From: Candidatus Latescibacterota bacterium
GTDB lineage: Bacteria > Latescibacterota > UBA2968
Assembly (NCBI GenBank): GCA_965205975.1
Contig: OZ242195.1
Location: forward strand, 5,495,253 to 5,559,252
DNA length: 64,000 bases
Direction: 5' to 3'
The notes beneath the pieces were generated by a model, which worked only from the letters and a program-made list of their open reading frames with translations, did no database searches and was not told the origin of the DNA. Positions 44,949 to 55,102 of this stretch are shown one piece after another. The translations under genes were made by a program, and so were the position numbers. The number at the start of each line of letters is the position of its first letter. The first letter of the stretch is position 1.

Positions 44949-46094
44949 TTATGCATAAGCGGAAAGCCCGACTTCACTTGCATTGACAATACTGGGGGCT
45001 GCCTGTGGGGGATTGTCGCCGAGGAAGGGCAAGACATCATCCGGGTCTTGCCACGCGCCATACCCATTCAGAACACCAGCCACATTTGAGGCCGCCAAAG
45101 TGGCCATTCCCGAACGGGTCCATATTGTCGCCGATGCGATATGCGGTACAATGACCACATTGGGTAAATCTTTTAGCCCGGGTTTCATCAGGGGTTCGTC
45201 CTCAAACACATCGAGGCCGGCTTTGAAATCGGGATGGGTTTTGCAGTGTTCGACCAGGGCGACTTCGTCGATGACCGGGCCGCGGCTGGCGTTGATCAAA
45301 ATGGCATTGTCCTTCATAAGTGAAAGACGCTCGGTATTCATCAAGTGGAAGGTGGTGTCATCCAATAGCGGATGCAAGCTCACCACATCGGCAGTTTTCA
45401 ACACGTCTTCGACCGAGTCCAAACGCTGGCAGGTTACGGGTTCATCGCCCTGAGCTTTTAAGAATTCGCCATAAGCCGCGATATAATTTTCCATATATTC
45501 ATTGGGATACGGGTCAAAATAGACCACGTTCATCTTGAACCCTTCGGACATCATTTTGGCATAAGCACAGCCGATGCGACCGGCGCCAATTACGCCGACT
45601 GTTTTTCCGGTCATTAACTCGCCCAGATAAAGCGTGGGCAACCAGCCGTGATATTTTTCGGCGCGCATAAAAGCATCGGCTTCGATTACCCGCCGCGCGG
45701 CTGAAAAGGTGAGGGAGATGGCCATTTCCGCGGTGGTCTCGGTCAATACGCCCGGCGTATTGCCCACTGGAATGCCGTATTTTGTCGCTACGCCAACATC
45801 CACATTATTGTATCCCACAGCATAGTTGGAATACGCTTTTCCACCTGCATTTTTGAGGGAGGTAAACAGTTCTTCACCCCATTTTTCCGTCAACTGTCCG
45901 ATTACTCCGTCGCATTGATCTCCGATTTTGTCTCTGATTTCTTCGGCACTCAAAATTTCCGTTGATGTGCCAATCTCTATGCGGCAGTCAGCGGCCGTGA
46001 GAATCTCAAGCCAACGGTCGCCGGGCAATTCTTTGGTTACGACTACGCGCTTGCTGCCCGATTCGTTGTGTGTTCTCCAGTCATTGGTGCTCAA
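44949..46094 (-). CDS. Hydroxypyruvate reductase / D-glycerate dehydrogenase, plant HPR1-like
   Basis: CDGVIGQLTE.WG, AVGYNNVD, GNTPGVLTETTAE, GAGRIG, SRGPVIDE, DVFEDEP, PHIASA. Confidence 0.9.
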   Translation of the reverse strand: MSTNDWRTHNESGSKRVVVTKELPGDRWLEILTAADCRIEIGTSTEILSAEEIRDKIGDQCDGVIGQLTEKWGEELFTSLKNAGGKAYSNYAVGYNNVDVGVATKYGIPVGNTPGVLTETTAEMAISLTFSAARRVIEADAFMRAEKYHGWLPTLYLGELMTGKTVGVIGAGRIGCAYAKMMSEGFKMNVVYFDPYPNEYMENYIAAYGEFLKAQGDEPVTCQRLDSVEDVLKTADVVSLHPLLDDTTFHLMNTERLSLMKDNAILINASRGPVIDEVALVEHCKTHPDFKAGLDVFEDEPLMKPGLKDLPNVVIVPHIASATIWTRSGMATLAASNVAGVLNGYGAWQDPDDVLPFLGDNPPQAAPSIVNASEVGLSAYA

Positions 46095-46144
46095 AATACA
46101 TCCTCCTTAAAGTTTGCGTTTTATTCAGAAAATTGCGAATGTGG

Positions 46145-46173
46145 AATATAACCAACCAGAGCGTTTGTTTCAA
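46145..46173 (-). promoter_or_regulatory. Candidate sigma-70 promoter
   Basis: TTGAAA-17 bp-TATATT upstream of the HPR gene. Confidence 0.55.
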
Positions 46174-46210
46174 GAAAATCTCGTTTTGCGTTAGAGGCTG
46201 AGGGTTGGTA

Positions 46211-49200
46211 CTAAGCGTTTTCGACTATAGGCTCGATATCGAGAACCTCGCGGTCGAGTTTGGGGGGTGTTCCTTTGCCATTGAGCCAGTAGTTCGCCAT
46301 TTTTTTTGCGGCGGCCATTTTGGGCCAGATCACTTCGCGGTAGCCCCGCACGTCGTCGGGGAGGCGTAGCGCTTTCACATAAGTATCGTATCGCTCTGTA
46401 TTGTCAAAATCAAAATTATCTACGAGATCAATATACCAATCGCGATAGTTTTTTTCTTCGCGATGCCAGGCGGGAAGCCTGCGTAAAAAGCGCGCCCGTT
46501 TCATGATATTGAGCATCCAGTCGCGGGTTTGAATATCGAATCTGATGTCCAGTCCCAGGACGGTGAAATGCGGACGGGTTAAATGCCTGTAAGAAATCCG
46601 ATCACCGCGATCGGGATCGACATCATAACGCGCGCGGTCTCGGCGGTACTTTTCTTCGCTCGTCAATAGATGGGCAACATAGATTTCGTCTTTATAGGCC
46701 ATCACGCGGGCGAGAAAGCGTATCACAGTATCGGTTGCGCGATACTGATATTGGGCATTATCGCGGTCGTAAATCCTTTTTACGCGGACGACATAAGACT
46801 GCGCGTATTCGATGCCGCCCCATTGAATGAGATCGTAAACGCCGAGGGCAAATTGCAATTTTGTCGCGTCGGCAAGTGACCAGTTGGCGACTGTCTCTGA
46901 GAGGACGCGATAGGTCTCGGCCAATTTGTCGCTCCGCGTTTTGGCCAGAATTTCCGCTTTGTCGTCAATGAGGCCCCTGTATGTGGTTACGAGTTTGGGT
47001 TTGAAAAATGCATCGGGATCCAATGCGGCTTTGCGCCCCATCTCAAATGCTTTGAGATTGGCTTCGAGTTCATTCGATTTGATATTTTGCTTCATCGCCC
47101 ACCGGATATTTTCCAGCGTGAGGGGCAGTGCCCCCCGTTGAAATGCCGCGCCCAGCAAGATGCTATTGGCATAGATTTTATTGCCCAGATATCGTTCGGA
47201 TATTTCGCCGAGGTCCATCCCAAAATACGTGTCGGAATTGGTATAACGCCGCAACATATCCTCCAGATGATCTGTATCAAAATCGTCTCGTCCAATCATC
47301 GACAAAATGGTTTCGCGTTTGCCGGTTTCCACGACGGCTGTGGTGCGCTGTGGGCTGCCCACGCGGCCGGTTCCATTTGGATCTAATCCGCGTATGGCCT
47401 CCAAAATGTCCAATCCCAACAGCAAGTCTGCATGCCCGTAGGGTGTCAATTGCGAAATCACCCGCTCGTCTTTGGTAAAACTGACGTGCGAATACACGCC
47501 GCCGTTGCGGATAGCCAGTCCTTTTTTGTTGGTGAATCGAACGGTATATCCCTGTTTCGCGCCTGCAACGGCGATAATCGCAGAAATGGTATTGATGCCC
47601 ATGCCGCCTACGCCAGCTACATAAGCGTACCAGGCCGTATCAAAGTCGCGGGATTTGGGTTCGGGAATATTCGAGAGGTCGATTGATTCAGTTTGCACCT
47701 CGGGCGCGCGCGACCGGTGAACGGTCAGGCGTTCAAAAGAGGGACACGTTTTATCGCCATTTGCTACTTCGACTTTTGTACACGCCCCATCTGCAACGCA
47801 CAAAGATAAATCGGTCGCGACTTTTGGGCCGTGAAGCGATTCTTCTACGGTCAAGCCGCTGCATCCAGTTGCCTGCGTGCATTCCAGACAATATTCACAG
47901 ACTTCTGGCGTGATGTTGATGTGGGTTTCTTTCGACAGAAATCCCTTTTCTCGAACGGTCTGGATCTGCTCTGCGCGTACGCGGCGGTGATATGTGATGC
48001 CGCACTCTTTGTCGGCAATGACAATTTTGACGCCGTCTTTTAGAAGTGCTCGTTCCAGGACATCGCGATACGCCTCCCGATTTGCCGGGTTCATGCGGGC
48101 GACCATCACCGGACCATTTGTGCCGCCCCCCAAACCGCTCACGACCTGTTCGATATCCTGAGCAAAGGTCGGACGTCCCATCAGGTCAATATCTACTCCT
48201 GGCGTGGGCTGATGCCCCGTCATTGCCGTGGTTTTATTGTCTAAAATGACATAGGTAATATCTTGCCCGTGTTTAATCGAATCGGAAATCGCCGCCATTC
48301 CACTGTGGAAAAATGTCGAATCGCCCATGAACACGAGTTGTTTGTTGTCGATAAAAGGATCGATACCGGCACCCGTGCCACCACCGAGTCCCATTCCCGA
48401 CAAATTGTGCATCAGCCGGTTAAATGGCTCGTATTTCAACAGGGAATAACATCCGATATCCCCGTGAAAAATCAGATCCATCGAATCTGTGCCGTGCTTG
48501 CGCTGCATGTAATCGCCATCTTGAAAATCGTCGATCATCTTGTCCAGTACGCTGGCCGAATCTCGGTGCGGGCAGCCCGGGCAAAACGAGGGTGTGCGAA
48601 CAGATGCGCTCAGGTCATAAGTTTCTGTCTGTGCCATCAGGGCGACAACAGTATCGATGCGCCTGGCATCCACGGGTACTGTGGGGTCGTCGAGCGTTTT
48701 CAACATTGGAGCCAACACATTGAGTGTGATGCTCGGATTCAGGCCACAACTGTCGGGAAAACCGCGTCCATGGGGAAAGCGTTTGCCCCATATCCGAAAT
48801 GCCTTTGTTTTGCCGGCCTGATACAGGTTTTGCAAGGCAGTGGCAATTTGTTCTTCCAGAAAACCGCGTTTTTCTTCCACCACATAAATTTCATCGACCA
48901 GATTTGTAAATTCGCGCAAAATTTCCGAATCAATCGGATAGGTAATCCCGTATTTCAAAATGGGAATGCTGCCCCCCAACCCAACCATATTGAGCGCGTG
49001 TTCCAAATAACAATAGGCCAAACTGCTGGTGACAAAGCCGATCCGCTTTTTGCCAGAGTCTGGCCGATATAAAATCCGATTCAGCCCGTATTCTTTTGCG
49101 AGGGTGAGCAGCTTGGGAAAACGCTGCTCGAGGACCTCCTGTTCTTTTATCACAGTATGTGGCGGAATGATTACCCGATCATCTGGAGAAATCGTCTGTG

Positions 49201-49819
49201 GATCCAGGCGGATGGGGTGGTTAAATGTTTTTTCGGGAAACTGGTTTGCGTGTACCTCAACTGTGCCCCCGCCATCTGCCTGATTGGATGTCACGAGGTA
49301 GGCGATATAAAGCCGGGTTTTTTCCGACAACTCAAAGGCTACTTTGATCCAGTCTTTCATTTCCTGAAAGGTGCTGGGTTCGAATACGGGCATGTACAAA
49401 TGTTTGGCGATAAAGCGAGAATCCGCGGGCACTTGTGTACCCTCAGACCACGTATCATCGCCAAATACAGCAACCGCAGCAGCCCCCTCACCTGTTCCGG
49501 CCATATTGCCCAGTGCCAGCGCGTCTGAAGCGACATGCGCGCCCACGCTTTTCATCACTGCGATGGCGCGAATAGATTCCATCTGTGCACCGTTGAGACG
49601 CGCAGCCCCCAGAGCCTCGTTGTTGGCAATTTGCACCATCACGCCTTTTTCCACCAACAACTCGCGGATGCGCTCTGCTGCATCAAATACTTCTGCCACA
49701 GGTGAGCCGGGATATCCCGTCATCAATCCCATGCCGCCTTCGAGGCTACCCTTGACAATCAATTCATTGCCCGTAAAAATGCCCGTGCCTTTTTCAAATG
49801 TAAATCGAGGATCCATCAA
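46211..49819 (-). CDS. Indolepyruvate:ferredoxin oxidoreductase family, fused alpha/beta protein
   Basis: GYPGSP, NEALG, RTPSFCPGCPH, GDIGC, GDSTFFHSG..N.TTAMTG.QP, ferredoxin CEYCLEC..C, AGVGGMG, MAYKDE, VRGY. Confidence 0.9.
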   Translation of the reverse strand: MMDPRFTFEKGTGIFTGNELIVKGSLEGGMGLMTGYPGSPVAEVFDAAERIRELLVEKGVMVQIANNEALGAARLNGAQMESIRAIAVMKSVGAHVASDALALGNMAGTGEGAAAVAVFGDDTWSEGTQVPADSRFIAKHLYMPVFEPSTFQEMKDWIKVAFELSEKTRLYIAYLVTSNQADGGGTVEVHANQFPEKTFNHPIRLDPQTISPDDRVIIPPHTVIKEQEVLEQRFPKLLTLAKEYGLNRILYRPDSGKKRIGFVTSSLAYCYLEHALNMVGLGGSIPILKYGITYPIDSEILREFTNLVDEIYVVEEKRGFLEEQIATALQNLYQAGKTKAFRIWGKRFPHGRGFPDSCGLNPSITLNVLAPMLKTLDDPTVPVDARRIDTVVALMAQTETYDLSASVRTPSFCPGCPHRDSASVLDKMIDDFQDGDYMQRKHGTDSMDLIFHGDIGCYSLLKYEPFNRLMHNLSGMGLGGGTGAGIDPFIDNKQLVFMGDSTFFHSGMAAISDSIKHGQDITYVILDNKTTAMTGHQPTPGVDIDLMGRPTFAQDIEQVVSGLGGGTNGPVMVARMNPANREAYRDVLERALLKDGVKIVIADKECGITYHRRVRAEQIQTVREKGFLSKETHINITPEVCEYCLECTQATGCSGLTVEESLHGPKVATDLSLCVADGACTKVEVANGDKTCPSFERLTVHRSRAPEVQTESIDLSNIPEPKSRDFDTAWYAYVAGVGGMGINTISAIIAVAGAKQGYTVRFTNKKGLAIRNGGVYSHVSFTKDERVISQLTPYGHADLLLGLDILEAIRGLDPNGTGRVGSPQRTTAVVETGKRETILSMIGRDDFDTDHLEDMLRRYTNSDTYFGMDLGEISERYLGNKIYANSILLGAAFQRGALPLTLENIRWAMKQNIKSNELEANLKAFEMGRKAALDPDAFFKPKLVTTYRGLIDDKAEILAKTRSDKLAETYRVLSETVANWSLADATKLQFALGVYDLIQWGGIEYAQSYVVRVKRIYDRDNAQYQYRATDTVIRFLARVMAYKDEIYVAHLLTSEEKYRRDRARYDVDPDRGDRISYRHLTRPHFTVLGLDIRFDIQTRDWMLNIMKRARFLRRLPAWHREEKNYRDWYIDLVDNFDFDNTERYDTYVKALRLPDDVRGYREVIWPKMAAAKKMANYWLNGKGTPPKLDREVLDIEPIVENA

Positions 49820-49825
49820 TATCCT

Positions 49826-51199
49826 TTAAAATGCTGTGTTTCGCCATTCGGGATTGTAGATTTCACCCGACATGGTAGAATGTACCAATTCGTAAACGCC
49901 GGTTCCGCGGCGATCAAAAAATTCAAAAAGATACCGTCCCGACTTTTCGTAAATCCAGGTATCTATGGCTTTTCCCATAGCGACCGATGTGGTATAGTCG
50001 CGCTCGTTGGGCGGCCCGTATTTGATATAAACGCGCCCTTGATCCGTATCCGATCCCCGCTTGCCCGGCTGCGATGTAAACGTATCATCGGAGTATTTCA
50101 TGCGATTTATATGGTCTTGAAGCCGTTCATTTAAGGGCGTACCCGGGGTTGGATCCAATTTCTTCCAAAATGCGTGGAGAAATTTCATTTTCGTCGCCTG
50201 TGTTGGCAAAGACTCGTACAGGGAGAGATCTTTTTCAGACGCAATGTGATGAATGGTTTGAAAATATCGCAATTGATCCTGTTGCGCTTCTGTTAATTGT
50301 GGATTTTCATTTTCATCTGAAAGGAGGAAGACTTTGCGTTTGTGCCGCACATGTTCGCGCGTGCCACGGTCAAATAACTCGACTTGCAAATCGTACGCGC
50401 CGCCAGATAGTCCTTCTGTTTCCAGAATTTCTGTTTTTACCACGCTTTCCCCGGGTTTGAGCAATCGCTTTGCCGGATACGATTTGACAACGACATCGGC
50501 GGTGTCGAGCAGACTGTATCCCAAGACAAATGAATCATTGGATTTGTTGGGCATGACCTTGAAGTTGTAAACCTCAAAGTAGATCTGTATCGGCTTACCT
50601 GTGCGAAAGAACCGCGTTGTATTGGGCACGACACGCCATCCATTTTTGACAAAACGTCCTGCAGATTCAGCTTTTTTTAATTCAGAAGCGAATATCACAT
50701 CGCTTACGACCAACTCTGTGCCCTCAAAACGACGCACGCGCATATTACCTTCACAGGTGCCTGAAATATCTCCGTAAATATCTTCGGCTGTCAGCGTCAT
50801 TTTGTAGGGGGCTGGCGCGATGTCCAGGGCGATGATATCGCGTACCAGCGCGCCATCCTGTTTCAATTCTCGGATATTTGCCACCGAAACATTTCGCGTC
50901 CACAATTCTTGTACTATGGGATTTCCCGCGGAATCTTGCATAGAAAGCTCAAAGTCAATTTGGGATACGTATTTGCCGTCTTCGGGTACAAACTGCAATT
51001 GTCGCGCATCGATTAAGGTATAGACTTCCAGACGCGTGAGGTTTTGGGGTCCCCGAAATGCGGCAGTTTCGGCAAAAACGCGCAACTCACCCTTTGAGTG
51101 CAAAGGCATATCTCGATATATTGGCATATCCTCTTGCCCGTATGCCGTTGCCCAAAAACAGGTGGCAACCAGCGCAACATACCATTTTATGGAACGCAT
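49826..51199 (-). CDS. GWxTD domain-containing exported protein (motif variant GSDTD)
   Basis: Signal peptide; FWKKLDPTPGTPLNE...R..Y....F....GSDTDQGRVYIKYGPP. Confidence 0.85.
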   Translation of the reverse strand: MRSIKWYVALVATCFWATAYGQEDMPIYRDMPLHSKGELRVFAETAAFRGPQNLTRLEVYTLIDARQLQFVPEDGKYVSQIDFELSMQDSAGNPIVQELWTRNVSVANIRELKQDGALVRDIIALDIAPAPYKMTLTAEDIYGDISGTCEGNMRVRRFEGTELVVSDVIFASELKKAESAGRFVKNGWRVVPNTTRFFRTGKPIQIYFEVYNFKVMPNKSNDSFVLGYSLLDTADVVVKSYPAKRLLKPGESVVKTEILETEGLSGGAYDLQVELFDRGTREHVRHKRKVFLLSDENENPQLTEAQQDQLRYFQTIHHIASEKDLSLYESLPTQATKMKFLHAFWKKLDPTPGTPLNERLQDHINRMKYSDDTFTSQPGKRGSDTDQGRVYIKYGPPNERDYTTSVAMGKAIDTWIYEKSGRYLFEFFDRRGTGVYELVHSTMSGEIYNPEWRNTAF

Positions 51200-51249
51200 G
51201 ACGATCCTCCAGGTGTATATAAAACAATTCCCCGGCTGGAATTTAAGAC

Positions 51250-51278
51250 AGTATAAAGAGTTGAGAGAATGGAATCAA
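51250..51278 (-). promoter_or_regulatory. Candidate sigma-70 promoter
   Basis: TTGATT-17 bp-TATACT upstream of the GWxTD gene. Confidence 0.5.
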
Positions 51279-51284
51279 GGATTA

Positions 51285-52169
51285 TCAAGTCACTTGATCG
51301 GCGGCATGGTAGGAACTGCGCACCAGTGGACCGGATTCGACATGCCGAAAATCCAGCGTGAGCGCGAATTGTTTGAGATCCCAAAATTCATCGGGATGGT
51401 AAAAGCGCGCCACAGGGACGTGTTGGGCAGACGGTTGTAGATATTGACCTATTGTGAGAATATCTGTTTTGCAATCTGCGATATCTCGTATCGTCTGGCG
51501 CACCTCGGCTGAGGTTTCACCCGCGCCGACCATAATACCCGATTTTGTGGGCATACCGCACCCCATTGTTTTGGCTCGTTTCAAAAGTGTTAGCGATCTG
51601 TCGTATTTTGCCTGGGGACGCATGGTTTTATACAGGCGCGGCACGGTTTCGACATTGTGGTTTAAGATATCGGGTGCTGCATCTATGACCACGCGCAATG
51701 CCTGCCAGTTGCCCTGAAAATCCGGGATCAAGACTTCGACCTTTGTGTGTCTGCACAACCGCCGAATCGCATATATCGTTTCGGCAAAAATGCGTGCGCC
51801 CCCGTCCGGGAGTTCATCGCGATTCACAGAGGTGACTACTGCATGCCGTAATCCCATCGTCTGCACGGCTTCGGCGACCCGTTCGGGTTCTTCGGTATCA
51901 AGGCTCTCAGGGCGGCCGGTTTTCACCGCGCAAAATCCACAACTCCGCGTACACACATCTCCCAAAATCATAAATGTCGCAGTACCCGAGTTCCAGCATT
52001 CGCCGATATTGGGACAGCGCGCACTTTCGCAGACTGTATGGAGATTTAACCCGCGCATTAAGTTTTTCAATGCGCGGTACCCCTCACTGCCTGGCGCTGG
52101 TACGCGAAACCATTCGGGCAGGTGCCTACGGCGTACAGAAGGTGCTTTTATGTCCATCAAACCATTCAT
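51285..52169 (-). CDS. lipA: Lipoyl synthase
   Basis: [26 protein letters not shown]. Confidence 0.97.
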   Translation of the reverse strand: MNGLMDIKAPSVRRRHLPEWFRVPAPGSEGYRALKNLMRGLNLHTVCESARCPNIGECWNSGTATFMILGDVCTRSCGFCAVKTGRPESLDTEEPERVAEAVQTMGLRHAVVTSVNRDELPDGGARIFAETIYAIRRLCRHTKVEVLIPDFQGNWQALRVVIDAAPDILNHNVETVPRLYKTMRPQAKYDRSLTLLKRAKTMGCGMPTKSGIMVGAGETSAEVRQTIRDIADCKTDILTIGQYLQPSAQHVPVARFYHPDEFWDLKQFALTLDFRHVESGPLVRSSYHAADQVT

Positions 52170-53545
52170 TGCACCCTCCGCCCGGTCAGTGTGCGCAGGG
52201 TCGTTTGGGTAATTTCGACATCGGTTAGCGCGTTGTCTGCGACGCCCTCTCGGGGAAATACGACCGTTTTGAAACCATCGGATTTTCCCACGGCCAAACC
52301 CTCGCCTTTGCGGGCATCTCCCTGTACCAAGACCTCAAGGGTGCGACCGATATAAGTCGCATTGATTTCTTCAGAAATGCGATTTTGTTGTGCAATAATG
52401 GTTTCGAGCCTTTGCACCTTTTCCTCTTCTGATATCGTATCGGGCATCTCGCGGAAGGCGACTGTGCCTTTTCGAGCGGAATACTTAAACATAAATGCGG
52501 AATCATAACGCACCTGCGCCATCAGTGCCAGCGTAGCTTCGAAGTCGGTTTGTGTTTCGCCAGAAAAGCCAGCGATAATATCCGTACTCAAACACAGATC
52601 CGGCATTGCGTTGCGCAAATCATCGACCAGGGCGAGATATTCTTCGACCGTATAGCTGCGCTTCATCGCTTCTAAAACGCGGTTTGACCCGGATTGCACA
52701 GGCAAATGAATAAAGCGACAAATTTTCTTTTCACGCGCCATCGTTTCAATGAATTTCTCAGAGAAATCACTCGGGTGAGGCGAGGTAAAACGAATGCGGG
52801 AAATGCCGTCTATGCGCGCTATCATCGAAAGCAGATCGGCAAAATCACAGGTACTATCGCGATAAGAATTGACGGTTTGGCCCAATAAGGTGACTTCTCG
52901 AAAACCCGCATCGGCGGCGGCACGAGCTTGTCTGACAATTTCGCGTGCTGGCACACTGCGCTCTCTGCCGCGCACGTAGGGCACGATGCAGAATGTGCAA
53001 AACTTATCGCATCCGCGCATAATGGTGATCCAGGCATTGCTGCCCTTTTCGCGCAAAGGATCGATATCCATATAATATTCGCCGCGATCCAAACGCACAT
53101 CCAGAGCTGAATCGCCACGCGCTTCGGCAATGAGTTCGGGGAGTCGCCGATACGAATCTGGCCCCACGACGAGATCGACATAGGGCGCGTCGTTCATCAG
53201 GGATTCTGAAACGTGCTTGGCCATGCACCCCGATATCCCCATAATCAGGTCTGGACGCCGATACTTCAGCCTGCGCAATTGTCCCAATCTGCCCCTTATT
53301 CGCTCTTCGGCGTGTTCGCGTATCGCGCAGGTATTCAGCACAATGACGTCGGCATCTTCTGGACAATGGGCAGAGGTATAGCCCGATTGCTTCAAAATGC
53401 CCTGCATCAGTTCTGTATCCGATACATTCATCTGGCAACCGTACGTCTCGATAAAAACCTTTTGCCCAGACATGGGCGCGACAGGTATATCGGGCTCGGT
53501 TTGTACGGTGCGACCGTCTAATTCGATATCGAGCAATGCGCTCAC
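52166..53545 (-). CDS. miaB: tRNA-2-methylthio-N6-dimethylallyladenosine synthase
   Basis: [32 protein letters not shown]-terminal TRAM domain. Confidence 0.95.
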   Translation of the reverse strand: MSALLDIELDGRTVQTEPDIPVAPMSGQKVFIETYGCQMNVSDTELMQGILKQSGYTSAHCPEDADVIVLNTCAIREHAEERIRGRLGQLRRLKYRRPDLIMGISGCMAKHVSESLMNDAPYVDLVVGPDSYRRLPELIAEARGDSALDVRLDRGEYYMDIDPLREKGSNAWITIMRGCDKFCTFCIVPYVRGRERSVPAREIVRQARAAADAGFREVTLLGQTVNSYRDSTCDFADLLSMIARIDGISRIRFTSPHPSDFSEKFIETMAREKKICRFIHLPVQSGSNRVLEAMKRSYTVEEYLALVDDLRNAMPDLCLSTDIIAGFSGETQTDFEATLALMAQVRYDSAFMFKYSARKGTVAFREMPDTISEEEKVQRLETIIAQQNRISEEINATYIGRTLEVLVQGDARKGEGLAVGKSDGFKTVVFPREGVADNALTDVEITQTTLRTLTGRRVQ

Positions 53546-54669
53546 GTTCGTTTCCCTTTTATTTTTTTTCTTGCCAAACGCATCTCTTTGATTACTTCTA
53601 CATCGCGTTCATACATCAGTGCTTTGTCGAGTGTCCGTCCCGCCAGCACGCCTCCAATTTTGCCCAGTGCCCAGGCTGCGTGTTGTCGCACGAGCGGCTC
53701 GTCATCTTTCAGGGCATCTGTTAGGGCGGGAACTTCGGATTTGTCTCCCACATTGCCCAATGCCACGGCAACATTGCGCAATAATCCACGCCGTTTGGCG
53801 CGTTTTATCGGGCTGTTTTTGAATCGCTTTGAAAAACTCTCTTGGTCCATGTGCAGCAAGTCGGTCAATGCGGGCGCACTCAAACCCTCGCGCGCCTGAA
53901 AAGCATTTTCAGAAGTCGGCTTTGCGTGTTTGCGATTCCATGGGCATACTTCCTGACAGATATCGCATCCAAAAATCCAGTTGCCCACATCCGATCTCAA
54001 ATCCCGCGGAATAGCGCCTTTCAATTCAATAGTCAAATAGGAAATACACCGCCGAGAATCCACGACATAAGGTTCTGGAATAGCATCTGTTGGACACGCA
54101 TCCAGGCACTGTGTACAGGTGCCGCAGTGATCGGGTTGTGGACGATCGATTTCGAGATCGAGATTTAGAATAATCTCACCCAAAAAAAAATAGGACCCGC
54201 GGCTTTTGTCAATCAAGCAGGTGTTTTTACCAAACCAGCCCAGCCCGGCTCGGGCGGCGAAATCGCGCTCCAGTACAGGCCCGGTATCGACATAGACCCG
54301 CCCCTCAGCAGAGGGTTCTATTTTTTGGATTTCGGCCAGTAATTCAAATAAGCGATCTTTCATGACGGTGTGATAATCATCGCCACGCGCATAACGTGCA
54401 ATTTGCCCTTCAGGCGCACCGCCATTATCAGACCCATCGGAATGGGGCTGATAATTGAGACCCACGCACAGTACTGATTTTGCGTCTGGAAGGATTTGAC
54501 GAATATCTGACCGCCGATCCAGATTGCGTGCCAAATACCCCATTTCGCCTGCGTAGCCCATCCCCAACCACTTTTGATAAAATGCCCAGTGTTGCGGGGG
54601 ATCTGCAGATGCAATCCCTACGGGATTAAATCCCAAACGCCGCGCCGCGTCCTTAATCCGATGGGTCAT
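53542..54669 (-). CDS. queG: Epoxyqueuosine reductase
   Basis: YARGDDYH, VDTGPVLER, CGTCTQCLDACPT, CISYLTIE, GCDICQEVCPWN, HEAT tail. Confidence 0.95.
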   Translation of the reverse strand: MTHRIKDAARRLGFNPVGIASADPPQHWAFYQKWLGMGYAGEMGYLARNLDRRSDIRQILPDAKSVLCVGLNYQPHSDGSDNGGAPEGQIARYARGDDYHTVMKDRLFELLAEIQKIEPSAEGRVYVDTGPVLERDFAARAGLGWFGKNTCLIDKSRGSYFFLGEIILNLDLEIDRPQPDHCGTCTQCLDACPTDAIPEPYVVDSRRCISYLTIELKGAIPRDLRSDVGNWIFGCDICQEVCPWNRKHAKPTSENAFQAREGLSAPALTDLLHMDQESFSKRFKNSPIKRAKRRGLLRNVAVALGNVGDKSEVPALTDALKDDEPLVRQHAAWALGKIGGVLAGRTLDKALMYERDVEVIKEMRLARKKIKGKRT

Positions 54670-54723
54670 GCAGGTACTCCAAAAATAGAAGGCAGGACAC
54701 AACAATGCCCTGCCCCGCGATTC

Positions 54724-55098
54724 TCAGGTCTGACGAGCCAGTTTGCCAAGTGCATTGTGAACTGCATCTACCGCCAGATCAGCGGCGTGTTTTCGCGTCG
54801 GGGGCAAGCCGTCAAGCGCGGTCTCGATATCGGCACGAGCGATTTTGCAAGCTTGATGGGGCGTTTTGCCAATCACCCATTCCGTGAGTACAGATCCCGA
54901 AGCAATGGTTGCAGCACATCCCTGCGCGCGGAAAAGAGCGCGGTCAATAATGCCGTCTTTGATGGCAAGATGCAGGGATAAGGTTGTGCCTGAAGCTGGA
55001 TTTTCCGCAAATCCAATTGCATCGGGGGTGTCCAATGCGCCGACATTTCTGGGATGTTCAAAGTGATCCCGCACAACCCTGGAATAACCGTCAGACAT
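54724..55098 (-). CDS. IscU/NifU-N-like scaffold homolog retaining only one of three Cys
   Basis: YS..V.DHFEHPRNVG, NPASGT (normally NPxCGD), GCAATIAS.S, LDGLP..RKHAA (normally KxHC). Confidence 0.85.
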   Translation of the reverse strand: MSDGYSRVVRDHFEHPRNVGALDTPDAIGFAENPASGTTLSLHLAIKDGIIDRALFRAQGCAATIASGSVLTEWVIGKTPHQACKIARADIETALDGLPPTRKHAADLAVDAVHNALGKLARQT

Positions 55099-55102
55099 GG
55101 GA

